A stretch of 63,624 nucleotides of DNA, counting the filler, from Chiloscyllium plagiosum (taxonomy: Eukaryota), in assembly GCF_004010195.1 (NCBI RefSeq). It is 4 parts of one record of this genome, joined end to end, with 100 filler letters (N's around TTAATTAATTAA, not from the genome) between each part and the next. Parts side by side here need not be neighbours in the genome. Positions count along the whole stretch, not along the records: positions 1 to 23,041 come from NC_057712.1; 3 more parts are not named here. The stretch is one strand, 5' to 3'. Made by a program: the position numbers and the translations under genes. The number at the start of each line of letters is the position of its first letter. Within the stretch, counting starts at the first letter, position 1. The notes beneath the pieces are model-generated. The model was not told where the DNA came from and searched no databases. It saw only the letters and a program-made list of their open reading frames with translations. This document shows positions 1 through 11,945 of the stretch, piece after piece.

Positions 1-762
1 GCAGGACTTATACATTTAATGGTAAGGTCCTGGGGAGTGTTGCTGAACAAAGAGACCTTGGAGTGCAGGTTCATAGCTACTTGAAAGTGGAGTCGCAGGT
101 AGATAGGATAGTGAAGAAGGCGTTTGGTAAGCTTTCCTTTATTGGTCAGAGTATTGAGTACAGGAGTTGGGAGGTCATGTTGCGGCTGTATAGGACATTG
201 GTTCGGCCACTGTTGGAATTTTGCGTGCAATTCTTGTCTCCTTCCTATCGGAAAGATGTTGTGAAACTTGAAAGGGTTCAGAAAAGATTTACAAGGATGT
301 TGCCAGGGCTGGAGGATCTGAGCTACAGGGAGAGGCTGAATAGGCTGGGTTGTTTTCCATGGAGCGTCGGAGGCTGAGGGGTGACGTTATAGACGTTTAC
401 AAAATTATGAGGGGCATGGATAGGATAAATAGGCAAAGTCTTTTCCCTGTGGTCGGGGAATCCAGAACGAGGGCATAGGTTTAGGGTGAGAGGGGAAAGA
501 TATAAAAGAAACCTAAGGGGCAACTTTTTCATGCAGAGGGTGGTACGTGTATGGAATGAGCTGCCAGAGGATGTGGTGGAGGCTGGCACAATTGCAACAT
601 TTAAGGGGCATTTGGTGGGTACAAGAATAGGAAGGGTTTGGAGAGATATGGGCCGAGTGCTGGCAGGTGGGACTAGATTGGGTTGGGATATCTGGTCGGC
701 ATGGACAGGTTGGACCGAAGGGTTTGTTTCCGTGCTGTACATCTCTGTGACTCTATGATTCT
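1..762 (+). mobile_element. CR1-clade LINE, 3' fragment of ORF2 plus 3' tail
   Basis: ORFs LRLYRTLVRPLLEFCVQF...LERVQKRFTRMLPG and RGNFFMQRVVRVWNELP are the CR1 ORF2 C-terminus; ends in a CTCTGTGACTCTATGATTCTA tail. Confidence 0.92.
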
Positions 763-763
763 A

Positions 764-1316
764 CGAATACTGCATTTAGTTCTGGTCGCCACATTACCAA
801 AGGGATGTGGATGCCTTGGAGATGGTCGAGCGGAAGTTCACCAGGATGTTGCCCATTATGGAGGGTGCTAGCTATGAAGAGAGGTTGATTAGATTAGGAT
901 TATTTGCATTCGAAAAATGAAGGTTGAGGGCGAACCTGATTGAGGTCTACAAAACCATGAGAGGTTTTGACAGTGCAGATAACAAGAAGCTTTTTCCCAG
1001 AGTGGGAGACTCAATTACTAGGGGTCACGAGTTCAAGGTGAGAGGGGAAAAGTTTAAGGGAAATATGTGTGGAAAGTTCTTTGCGCAGAGGGTGGTGGGT
1101 GCCTGGAACGCGTTGCCAGCAGAGGTGGCAGAGGCGGTTGTGATAGCATCATTTAAGATGTATCTAGACAGATATATGAATGGCCAGGGAGCAGAGGGAT
1201 ACAGATCCTTAGAAAATAGGTGACAGGTTTAGATAGAGGATCTGGATCAGCAGAGGTTTGGAGAGCCGAAGGGCCTATTCCTTTCCTGTAATTTTCTTTG
1301 TTCTTTGTTCTTTGTT
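764..1316 (+). mobile_element. CR1-clade LINE 3' fragment (second subfamily)
   Basis: LIEVYKTMRG...TRGHEFKV...FFAQRVVGAWNALP; (TTCTTTG)n tail at ~1294-1316. Confidence 0.88.
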
Positions 1317-2261
1317 CCAATCTTTATCAGCTGCAAATACTTCATGAGGACTTCCGTCACCCCATTCTTAGATACACTGCACTGAAAATAGCCAGGATTT
1401 CTGTTAGCCCTAATCTTTTGATGAAGCTTTGTTCCACCAGTTGCTGGGTCTTCTCCTGAATCCTAACCATCTGGAATCTTTTAACAGCAGCTTTTGTGCT
1501 GCCTCGTCACTGCGTTTAGTGTCTCAGCTCTGGATTTTAAATTGATTCTCTCAACAAACGCATATTTAAATTTTAACTAGAGATCCTTCTTCAGGTCCTT
1601 CCAACTTCATGACAATGTGACTCATTCTGACATCTCCTTCGCCTGATTTTAGGTTACATTTGCATCATTTACTACTTATTCTTTGATCTGATGAAGTAAA
1701 TGGGTTTTACAGCTTTTCAGCATTCACATGAATGTTTTTAACTAACTTAGTTGAACAGATATTGCCAGGCCTGTTGAACTTCTCCAGCAATTTCTGTTTT
1801 GGTCTGTGCTTGTAGATTCATTATGTCTGGGCTGTCATTACTGTAAGCAGTGTTGGCACCACATCCCCTACTAGGTAAGCCCACCTGCTGTTTCTGATTT
1901 AATCTTCCTAGCTGTTAATCTGACCTCAATCTTTCAACTGTAATAATCTGCATTTATCTAATTTTATACAGTTAAGCTTTAATTCCTAAAACATAAAAAA
2001 AATCAAAAAGTGCATGAATCTTAGGAAGATATTTTCACAGTGCATTCTGTTCCAAATAGGCTAAAGCTTTATTACTATCTGTAAATCTGAATGTGAATCT
2101 AGTCATAGGATCCCATAGCAATATTTAACTTGCTTCATTCCCCATTGGGGTAAGCATTAAGCAAACTAACGTGGTCCTTAAAGAGAGTTTTCTAGAAAAT
2201 GGTGTCAAAAACATTTTTACATAGATTTTTCCTGGGGCCAGGCTGCTCTTGATTGTTTCTG

Positions 2262-2311
2262 CCCTGGTGCTGTGAGGTAGCATTGCTAACCACTGAGCCA
2301 TCATGCCATCC
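2262..2311 (-). mobile_element. HE1/V-SINE 5' fragment
   Basis: Matches the tRNA-like head of the full HE1 copies in this window. Confidence 0.6.
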
Positions 2312-3037
2312 TAGTGGCGGGATAGGTACTACCTAAAATTGTAAATGAAAACAAACCAGTGGTTAGAGGAAAGGTGTAGGCAGCTGGTAATGGAGGAGCA
2401 AAATCTAGGGAAATCACACTGACTACCACACCACCCTCTTACTCACTAGCACCTACTCACAGTCATGCTCTCACTGTGCTGAATATCAAACATAGCATGC
2501 TCTTCAAACAGGTTTCCACACATATTTTGAACAATTGAGCCTTAGTTTTCTTATATGTCTTAATCACCATATTTATGCCTTATTCCCTTTGTAACAGCAT
2601 CTGAACATCACTGATAAGCATTATAACAATTTAGTGAGATTCTAACTGGCACAAATGGAGACTAATCATTGTCTGCCAGCAGTGATTATATAAAAAGACT
2701 GTTCCTTCTCAAAAATATTCTACCAAGGCTCTGGACGGGATATGAATGAATTTCTGACCACCAAACCCAGATTTACTGCCACTGCCAAACAGTCAGTAAT
2801 CTCAGAATATTTTAAGTCCAATTTTAACCGGGATGCAAATGTAGAGTTGAGCTAGTAGTGCTTACTTGACCATATTGTAGATCACACAAGGAACATTCTC
2901 TCTTCACTGGATAGTGGTGTGCTGAAGTCAGTCCTATCCAATCTTTTTGATGTACAAGAGGATTAGATGCCTTATCTCAAGAACAACAAATAATTAAAAT
3001 GCAGAGACTCTTAACTGGACATTGTTTCTTATTTCCT

Positions 3038-3618
3038 TCAGCAGCCACAATCATCTTTGTATGTGCCAGGTATGACTTCAACAAGTACAGTTTGCCCCTG
3101 ATACCCACTGACTTCATTTTTGTGAGGGCTCTTGATGCTACACTCAGTTGAAAAAGCAGCCTTAATGTCAACAAGCGTTACTCTTACCTCATCTCTGGAA
3201 TTCAGTTCTTTTATCCAAGTCTGAACCAAATGTATAATGAGGTCAGGAGCTGATTGGCCCTGGCAGAACCCAAGCTGGGCATCACTGAGCAGGTTATTGA
3301 TTGCACTGTTGATGACACCTTCCATCACTTTACCAATTATCAAGAGTAGATTGATGAGGCAGTAATTGGTTGGGTTCGATTTGTCGTGCTTTTTGTGTAC
3401 CAGACATACCCGGGAAATTTTCCTCGATGTTGGGTAGAAGCCAGTGTTGTAACAAGAGTTTGGCTGAGGGAGCAGCAAGTTCTGGAGCACAAGTCCTCAC
3501 TACTTCTGCTGGAATTTTGTCAGCAGCCTTACCTTTGCAATATCCAGTGCCTCCACCCATTTCTTGTTATCAGATGGAGTAAATCAAATTGGCTGAAGAT
3601 TGAGGATTGGAAGCTAGT
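3038..3618 (-). mobile_element. L2/Crack-like LINE, RT portion (continues at 7564-9243 across a CR1 insertion)
   Basis: CAPELAAP..., VHKKHDKSNPTNY, SDAQLGFCQGQSAPDL, TLVDIKAAF RT motifs with frameshifts. Confidence 0.85.
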
Positions 3619-5327
3619 GCAATTCAGTTGTAGTTAAACTAATAAGGCAGGGGAATAGGAACCAAAGCAACAGATCTAAAAGTGAGCAGAAGGTGGATGT
3701 TAATAGAACAAACGGGCAGGACCACTTTAATGACTATTGTGAGGGAAGAAATCATAAAAAATCATAAAAAATGATTTGAAAGTTGTAGTAAATGATAGAG
3801 GTGAGGCTCAGTGTTTCAAGCTATTAATAAATAAGGATGGAAAGAGTGGAAAGCATAGTACAGAAAAAAAATTAAAAGAAAGACAAACCAGTAGAACTTA
3901 CTAAAAACCTTTGTACCTCAATGTTGATGAGTGGACAGCACAAATTGAGACAAATGGGTAAAACCTGATGGGATTACTAAAATGTGGTTACAGGAAGATC
4001 AGGACCAGGAGTTAAATATCCAAGGGTACTCAGTATTCCAAAAGGATAGACAAAAAACTGAAGGAGGTGGAGTCGCTATATTTGTTAGGGATGACATCAA
4101 GACTATATTAAGAAATGATATTAGCACAAGGGATCAAAATGTTGAATCAGTCTGGGTGGAAATAAAAAGCAAGGGAAGACACTCCTTGTTACGAGTAATT
4201 TACAGGCCCCCAGTTAGTACTTCTGAAGTAGGATATAGTATAAACCGGGAAACAATGAGGATATGTGAGAAGGGCACAATGGTGATTTGAACATGCATTA
4301 AAAAATGGATTAATCAACTTGGCAAGGGTGCCCTCGAAGAGAGTTTAATGGAGTGTCGGAGGGATTGTTTCTTAGAGCAACATGTCATGGAGTCAACCGT
4401 AAAACAGGCTACTTTAGATTTGGCACTACACAGTGAACGAGGATTGATAAATTAACTTGTAATTAAGGATTCTCTTGGAAGAGATGACCACAACATGCTA
4501 GAATTTCAAATTCAGATTGAAACAGTGAAGACTGAGTCACATGTAAGAGTTTTGGTGTTAGGAAAAGATCACACCTGAGGAAGGAATTGGCCCAAGTGGA
4601 CTGGGAAACATAAAGAGCCAGGTCCACTTAATTAAAGTATATTCGTGAGAGGAAAAGGAATTGTAAAAAGATGAAAAATTAACCATGGCTTAACAAGGAG
4701 AACATCAAGGCAAAAACTAATGCATGTCATACTGCAAAACTTAGTGGGTGGATTGGGAGAACTTTAAATGTCAACAAAGAGTTACTAAAATTTAAATCAG
4801 AAGAGCTAAGATGAGCTACGAAAGGAAACTAGCAGAAAGCATAAACACTGATACCAAAAGCTTCTCTAATATAATGAAAAAGAAGAGAAGAGGACAAAAA
4901 TGGTGAGGCAATAATGGGAAACTCAGAAATGGCAGAGGCACTCAAACAGTATTTTGTCTCAGTTTTCACAGTGGGGAAGATAATAACTTCTTCCCAAAAA
5001 CTGCAGTTACTGCAGAGGAACTTGGTGAGATTACTACTAAGTACTTTAGTATTAAGGTATTAAGTCAACTGATGGGAATGAATGCAGATATATCCCTGGG
5101 GCCTGATGGCTGGCACCCTAGGGTATCAAAGGACGTGGTGGCAGAGATAGTGGATGCATCAGTTATGATTTTCCAAAATTCCCAGGATTTGTAAAGGTCC
5201 CAATGGATTGGAAACGTACTAATGTTACAACCTTATTCAAAAAGGAGATAGACAAGAAGTGGGAAATGATAGAACAGTCAGTTTGACCTCTGTAGTGGGG
5301 AAGTTATTGGAATCAATTATAAAGTAA

Positions 5328-5557
5328 ACAGTGTACTTTTCAGGACGCACTTCACCACAAAGCACGTGAGCAGACTGACCACATGATATTAATGCGAGTC
5401 CAGTCCCCAATGCACAGCGAAACCTAGTGCTGGGGATGGAATCATGTTGTATGGTACAACTGGAGTTCACATTTTAAAAAAATGTTCCCCAATTCACCAA
5501 TCGTGTTACAGCCGAATTGTGTGGACAAAACGTGCTTTATAGTAGAATGGCCTGTAG
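5328..5557. mobile_element. Probable Tc1/mariner (pogo/Tigger-like) non-autonomous fragment inside CR1
   Basis: ~230 bp foreign to CR1, interrupting ORF2; right end TTATAGTAGAATGGCCTG-TA is a CAG-initiated TIR-like end next to TA; the other end is not recognisable. Confidence 0.45.
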
Positions 5558-5955
5558 GAGATAACTGAACACTTGGAAAAACAAAGCTCAATTCATCACT
5601 GTCAGCAAAGTTTCATGAAGGGCAAGTCGTATTTGACAAATTTGCTGGAGTTCTTAAAGGATGCAACCAGCAAGATAGACAATGGGGTTCTGGTGTATGT
5701 GGTACATGTAGACTTCCAGAAGGCATTTGATAAGGTGCCCCATAAAAGACTGATTCAGAAAGTTAGGCATGGGGGTGGGGGATAGGGTAATGGTAGAATA
5801 TTGGCTTGGATAGAGGATTGGCTAACTGACAGAAAGCAGAGGTTCAGGATAAATGGGTTCTTCTCTGGATGGTGAACTGTAATTTGTTCTTTTGTTCTTT
5901 ATAACCAGTGGGGCGCTGCAGGCTTCAGCTCTTGGACCTCAACTATTTACAATCT

Positions 5956-6266
5956 GATTAGATTACTTTACAGTGTGGAAACAGGCCCTTCGGCCCAACA
6001 AGTCCACACCGACCCGCCGAAGCGTAACCCACCCATACCCCTACATTAACCCCTTACCTAACACTACGGGCAATTTAGCATGGCCAATTCACCTGACCCG
6101 CATATCTTTGGACTGTGGGAGGAAACCGGAGCACCCGGAGGAAACCCACGCAGACACGGGGAGAATGTGCAAACTCCACACAGTCAGTCGCCTGAGTCGG
6201 GAATTGAACCCGGGTCTCTGGCGCTGTGAGGCAGCAGTGCTGACCACTGTGCCACCGTGCCGCCCA
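5956..6266 (-). mobile_element. HE1-type V-SINE, full length
   Basis: tRNA head (GGCACAGTGG, GGTTCAATTCC), V-domain GTGTGGAGTTTGCACATTCTCCCCGTGTCTGCGTGGGTTTCC, CR1-like tail ending (AATCT)n; 5' end locally duplicated at ~6272-6296. Confidence 0.93.
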
Positions 6267-6317
6267 CTAATGGCGCCCACCGTGCCGCCCACTAATCTGC
6301 ATAAATAATCTGCAAGT

Positions 6318-6524
6318 GGAGAAAGTGAGGTCTGCAGATGCTGGAGATCAGAGCTGAAAATGTGTTGCTGGAAAAGCGCAGCAGGTCAGGCAGCATCCAG
6401 GGAACAGGAGAATCAACGTTTCAGGCATAAGCCCTTCTTCAGGAATGGCTTATGCCCGAAACGTCGATTCTCCTGTTCCCTGGATGCTGACTGACCTGCT
6501 GTGCTTTTCCAGCAACACATTTTC
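6318..6524. mobile_element. Fold-back solo PLE pseudo-LTR unit with hammerhead core
   Basis: Inverted arms; 11-bp TSD AATCTGCAAGT (6307-6317, 6525-6535); minus strand CTGAAGA-A-GGGC-TTAT-GCCT-GAAA-CGTT. Confidence 0.85.
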
Positions 6525-6678
6525 AATCTGCAAGTAGACACAGTCTAATATAGCAAAGTTCATGGATTATACTAAAAGAGAAAGGAAAGCAGGCAGTGAT
6601 GAGGAGATAACCAGTCTACAGATAGGCTTGGAGAGTGGACCAGAATCTGGCAGATGGAGTTACATGTGGATAAATGCG

Positions 6679-6809
6679 TTTTTCCTGATGAAGGACTTAT
6701 GCCTGAAAAGTCGACTCTCCTGCTCCTAGGAAGCTGCCTGACCTGCTGTGCTTTTGCACCACCACACTCTCCTCTCTGATCTCAGCATCTGCAGTATTCA
6801 CTTTCTCCC
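6679..6809 (+). mobile_element. Solo PLE pseudo-LTR
   Basis: CTGATGA...GAAA at 6685; TSD ATAAATG(C/T)G (6670-6678, 6810-6818). Confidence 0.8.
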
Positions 6810-7563
6810 ATAAATGTGATGCTGTCCATTGTGGCTAGAAATATAAAAAGAGTAAATTATTCTGTAAATGGGAAGCAGATTCAAAGTGCATCAGTGCAGA
6901 GGGATCTGGGTGTCCTTGTGCAAGAAATACAGAAAGTGGCTATGCAGCTGCAGCATATAATGAAAAAGGCAAATAGAACCTTGGTACTTATTGTATAAGG
7001 ACAGGATTATAAAAGTAAAGAAGTGTTGTTGCAATTATATCTGAAATGCAGATCTGACCACATCTGAAATCTAGTGTCCAGTTTTGGTCTCCTTACTTGA
7101 GAAAGGATGTGATGGCATTGGAGGCACTCAGAAGAGGTCCACAAGGAGATTCCAGTGATGTTGTTCCAGCTTATACTTGCTGGAATTCAGAAGAGTAAAG
7201 GGGGATCTGATTGAGGTATATAAAAGGGGATTGAAACGTGGATGTTTAACAGATGTTCTGCTTTGTGGCATAGATATGGAATGAGACAAGATAGGTCTGA
7301 AACTGAGATGAGGCGAAACTACTTTACTCAGAGGATTGTGAATCTGTGGAACTCACTGCCCCAGAGTGCAGTGGAGGCAGATTCAATCAACAGATTCGAG
7401 AAAGAAATAGATATGCTTCTGATGAAAATAGTGATAAAGGGCTATGGGGAGCAGGAATAAAAGTAAAACTGAGACCAGGATAAGATCAACCACGATTATG
7501 TTAAACAGTGGAGTGGGCTCAAAGGGCCGAATTACCTACTCCCACTCCTATTTTCGATATTTT

Positions 7564-9243
7564 ATGTATCAGTGATTCTGGGGACCACTGGAGAAGGCTG
7601 AAATGGACCATCCACTTGGCACTTCTGGCTGAAGATTCCTGTTACTGCTTCAGCTTTATCTTTTGCACAGTGTTGGGCTCTTCCATCATTGAGGATGTGG
7701 ATATTCAGTGAGTTAACCATGCACCACCATTTGCGACTGAATGTGACAAGACTGCAGAGCTTAGATCTAATCCGTTGGTTGAGGATCATCTTAGATCTGT
7801 CTACCACTTGTTGCTTATGCTGTTTGGCAGATAGTCATGCTTTATATCTCACCAGGTTGAAGCTTCATTTTTACGTATGCCTGGTTATGCTCTTGGTATG
7901 CTTCGTGCACTCTCCGTTGAACCAGGGTGATCGCCTGGCTTGATGATAATGGTTGAGTGGGGGATATGGCAGGCCAAGAGGTTGCAGATTGAGCTGGAGC
8001 ACAATTCAGCTGCTGGTGATTGACCCACAGCACCTCCATGAATGTGCAGTTCTGAGCTAACAGATCTGTTTGAAGTCTGTTCCATTTAGCAAAATCATAG
8101 TGCGACACAACATGATGGAATGCATTTTCAATGCGAAGGCAGGACATAGTCTCCACAAGGACTGTGTGGTGGTCACTGTTACTGATCCTGTCATGGACAG
8201 ATGCATCTGCAGCTAGCAGATTGGCAAAGATGATGTCATGTATTTTTTTCCCTCTTGTTGGTTCCTTCACCACATTCCAGAAACTCAGTTTGATTAGTAG
8301 TAGTACTGTTGCTGAACCACTTTTGGTTGTGGAAATTGGAATTCCCCCACTCACAGTACATTTTGTGCCCTGGCGACCCTCAATGCTTTCTCCATCGGGA
8401 AAGAGTATGGATTCATCAGCCAAAGTAGGAAAGTACATAGTAACTAGCACAAGGTTTTCCTGCCCATGCTTAACTTGAAGCCATGAAACTTCATGGGATT
8501 CACAGTCAATGATGAAGACTCCCAGGCAATTCTTTTCTGTCTGTACAGCACTGTGATACCATCTGCCCTGCTGGTGGGACAGGACATGTCCAAGTATGGT
8601 AATGGTGAAGTCTGGGATATTGTTTGTAAAGTATGATTCTGTGAGTATTTCTGTCAGGCTGATACTTGACTAGTCTGTGAGACACTTCATCAGGAATGAG
8701 CTTATGCCCGAAACATCAACTTTCCTGCTCCTTGGATGCTACCTGACCTGCTGTGCTTTTCCAGTGCCACACTTTTTAACTAAGATCTCCAATATCTGTA
8801 GTCCTCACAGTCTGTGAGACAACTCTCCCAATTTTGGCACTGGAAGAGTCGACAAAGCTGTTTCTGCCAATGTCTCTCCTGGAGCCAGGTCATTGACAGG
8901 CAACCATCTGGCTTCATTTCTTTGTTGGGACTGCATAGCGATTGATGCAACTAAAAGGCTTGCTAGGTCATTTCAGAGAGCAGTTGAGAGCCAACCAGAT
9001 TGCTGTGAGTCTGGAGTCACTTGCAGGCCCGACCAGGTGAACTAACATAATGCCTTCCCTGAAAATATTCGTGAGCTTCAATAATTGACAATTATTTCAC
9101 GTTCATGATCAACTCCAGAAAAATTTTATTTGAATTCAAATACCACCATCTGCTGTGGCAGAATTCAAACCCAGGTCCTGTGAATGTTAGTTGAGTTTCT
9201 GGATAAAAGTCTAGTGATAATCCCACTATGACATTGCCTCTCC
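7564..9243 (-). mobile_element. L2/Crack-like LINE 5' half (tRNA-like head, APE domain, linker)
   Basis: PKLGELSHRLVK, VVKEPTRGKKIHDII, SNSDHHTVLVE, KDKAEA...FSQKCQVD; reading resumes at ~3618; tRNA-like head at ~9165-9243. Confidence 0.82.
8685..8808 (+). mobile_element. Solo PLE pseudo-LTR
   Basis: 13-bp TSD AGTCTGTGAGACA (8672-8684, 8809-8821); starts with a short inverted hammerhead piece CTTCATCAGGAAT. Confidence 0.85.
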
Positions 9244-9269
9244 AAAACATAAATGAGGCATGTAAGGCA

Positions 9270-9560
9270 TTGGAGCAAGATTGCATGGTTAGCTGTGCAG
9301 AAGATGCAAATAGGTTGAGAAGGATGAGGAGTACTTTGTTATGATAATCACAGTCATAAAGCCACATTTAGTACTGCTACAGGGATGGAATCCAGCTTGG
9401 AGATTTTGGAAAGTGGATAAAACTTTGCAAGACAACATTGTACTTGAAGATTTTGGAGGGGAAATTGAGGCTGGAGATGCAGAACTCATTTGTAAGGATA
9501 AAAGGATCAAGAACAGATTGTTCGGAAAGAGACAAAATGGTGACCAATTTGATGGGCTGG
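9270..9560 (-). mobile_element. Old L2 RT remnant
   Basis: FQNLQAGFHPCSST resembles the L2 motif QSGFRPxHSTE. Confidence 0.55.
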
Positions 9561-9657
9561 ATAGTACCCAAGCAGACAAATTGTTAGCTATATCAACCAA
9601 CATAAGACATGAAAAGCAAGACTGGATGGTCAACAGTGTGTGTGGAATACTATCCTG

Positions 9658-10446
9658 TGAATAAAAGGCTGGTCTCATTGACTAGATTAGATTGGAGAGA
9701 GAAAGATAGGAGGTAGAATCAAATTTAAAGAAATACATGAGTACTAATCACACTTAAGTGCCAAAAAAATGTTAAAACTAAATAGAATGAGAAGTAACTG
9801 GGTTTTTGTGGTCTATTGTCATAGTCAGTGGTGGTTAACACCTTTCTGACCCTGAAAAGAGTAACTTCAACTTTTTAGATGCAATATTTTATATACCAAA
9901 TGGTACAAATTCCATTTAAAAAATTATATTAAAATTATTATAAAAAGTAAACACTATAACCTATTTGTTCCTTCCCGGTTTGCAGTTTGTGGGAATAATT
10001 CAAGGCAATCATCTGTCTGTGACATCACTGTTATTGGACAACTGGAGGCCCTCATTAGTTGGTGAAAGAATTAAATTAACCTCAAGAAAGAAAACATCCA
10101 CACCACAAATCTCAATATATCTTATTCCTTCAAGGTCGATGGTAAACACCATTACATTACCACTGACTGAAAAGTCTTGGTTGTTAAATATGAACCAGAT
10201 GCAACCTTGCTTGCACTGATAGTGCTAATTCATGGCTAGTTAGGGCATGGAAATCTATCTTCTTGGGTTTAATACTGAAAATCTTGCCAATGATTGAAAT
10301 CTCATGATAGAAACAATTCTATTTAGTTTTAACATTTTTTTGGCACTTAAGTGTGATTAGTACTCATGTATTTCTTTAAATTTGATTCTACCTCCTATCT
10401 TTCTCTCTCCAATCTAATCTAGTCAATGAGACCAGCCTTTTATTCA
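9658..10446. repeat. Perfect 131-bp inverted repeat (9658-9788 / 10316-10446), 527-bp spacer
   Basis: Base-by-base reverse-complement identity. Confidence 0.97.
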
Positions 10447-10605
10447 AAAAAAGTGGATGCTGGAAATCTGAAACAAAAGCAGAAATAATTTAAGAAACTT
10501 CTCAGGTTCTGAAGAAAGGTCACTGGATCCAAAATTTTGACTCTGCTTTCTTTCCATAGATGCTGCTCGACCCACTATGGGTCTCGGGCTATTCTGTCTT
10601 TTTTT
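10447..10605. mobile_element. Degenerate PLE pseudo-LTR fold-back remnant
   Basis: GATGCTGGAAATCTGAAACAAAA... followed by CTGAAGAAAGGTCACTGGATCC...AGATGCTGC. Confidence 0.6.
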
Positions 10606-10934
10606 TATTAAAGAAACATTTTCTTTCTTGTAGGTAAAGATTTAACTAGGCTGAAAGTTGAAAAAGGTCACATATTGTACTGATAACACCCATGTGTTAA
10701 TATAGTCCAAGGCAAGACAAAATAAATAACTTAAATTTAAGATATTTTTTGCAAATTTCCCAATGTCACTAACTATGTAACGATGGAATATGGCTCTCTC
10801 TCAGTATAGGTGGCTAATAGCTTGGTAAATCTTTCATGGTATAATTGCTTTATGACTTTAACTTCCTCCAAGATTGAATTTTTTGATTGAGAAACCACTG
10901 AAGAAAATGGGGCAGGACAATTAGCTATTTGGTG

Positions 10935-11278
10935 TTTTTTAATTCATTCACAAGATGAGGGCATCACTGGCTATGCCCATCCCGAATTGCCCAATGTACA
11001 ATTAAGATTCAACCACATTGCTGTGGGTCTAGAGTTACATGTAAGCTCAACCAGATAAGAACCACAGTTTCCTTCCAAAAAGGGCATTAATGATCCTGAT
11101 GGGCTTTTCTAACAACTGACAATGGACTTATAGTCATCATTAGACTCTTAATTCCAAATTTGTGTTGAATTCAAATTCCACTATGTGCCAAGGCAGGATT
11201 CGAACCCAAGTCCCCAGATATTACCTGTGGTCACCAGATTAACAGTCAAGTGACAATACCACCAGGCTATTGCCTCCC
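10935..11278 (-). mobile_element. tRNA-headed SINE related to the L2/Crack-like LINE
   Basis: Box A-like TAGCCTGGTGG and box B GGTTCGAATCC; body matches 8960-9243; tail GGGCAATT..GGATGGGCA..GTGAATGAAT resembles the LINE 3' end at ~27900-27975. Confidence 0.8.
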
Positions 11279-11945
11279 ATATTGATGCATTATCCATTCA
11301 GGATGATTTTTCTAAAGTGGTATGATAGAGATCACAAACCAAAATTTTCAAAGCTTAATTTGATTGTATGCCACATGTTCCATCCAAAGACGTAGAACTG
11401 AAAAGATCAGTGATTTTTCTCCCACTCCTTGTGTCCCCAAAGCATGACTCACATTTCTCACAGCAGGACCTAAATGTTTAAAACGCATGTAACTACCTCA
11501 GTGATCCCTTAAACTACATATGGCCAGATCACAAATGAAAGCTTCACTATTGAGATAATTGGGCAAGATTATACTGCAAAGCCTGGGTCCTGCTATCAGC
11601 AAGTATAACTCCAGATTGCAGGGTTTTAAACCAAGCTCTGACTTAAAAATGCATTTAGTAAGATCTTGCACCAGTATTGCAGGATCAGAGCATTAGTTCT
11701 TACATGTTGATTCTATTTATTTTTGATGGGCCAGGGAGTGGGTTGGGATGTGGGAAGATGAAAAGGAGACAGGTGCTGTTGAAGTCCAATTAAATACAAA
11801 TTCTATTTTGACATATCTATCACTGCTCAATGCATTATAGATATTGATTATGAACATCTATAATCCAAATGCACTCATGGAGCTGAATTCTTCTGGATTC
11901 AAGAATACTTTATATGGTGGTGTTAGAATAATCTGTGTTTGGTTT

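Larger units (their letters stand above)
3619..7563 (+). mobile_element. Degraded CR1 LINE (end of ORF1, APE-RT ORF2, 3' tail) with nested insertions
   Basis: APE motifs (IQGYSVFQKDR, GGGVAIFV, VIYRPP), RT motifs (KGKSYLTNLLEF, DFQKAFDKVPHKRL), C-terminal FTQRIVNLWNSLP. Confidence 0.9.

Noticed and set aside
5973..6308. Recurrent ORFs MWKQALRPNKSTPT / LDCGRKPEHPEETHADTG
   Set aside because: Antisense translations of HE1 SINEs, not a gene family
6318..6524. CRISPR-like or prokaryotic system interpretation of the palindromic repeats
   Set aside because: Dispersed, TSD-flanked and tied to a eukaryotic PLE RT; no repeat-spacer array, cas genes or operons
10615..10640. ttttctttcttgtag|gtaaag as a recursive splice site
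   Set aside because: No plus-strand host transcript established; expected by chance in T-rich DNA
11180..11278. A/B-box segments as tRNA genes
   Set aside because: Heads of SINEs or LINEs continuing into repeat bodies; no full cloverleaf
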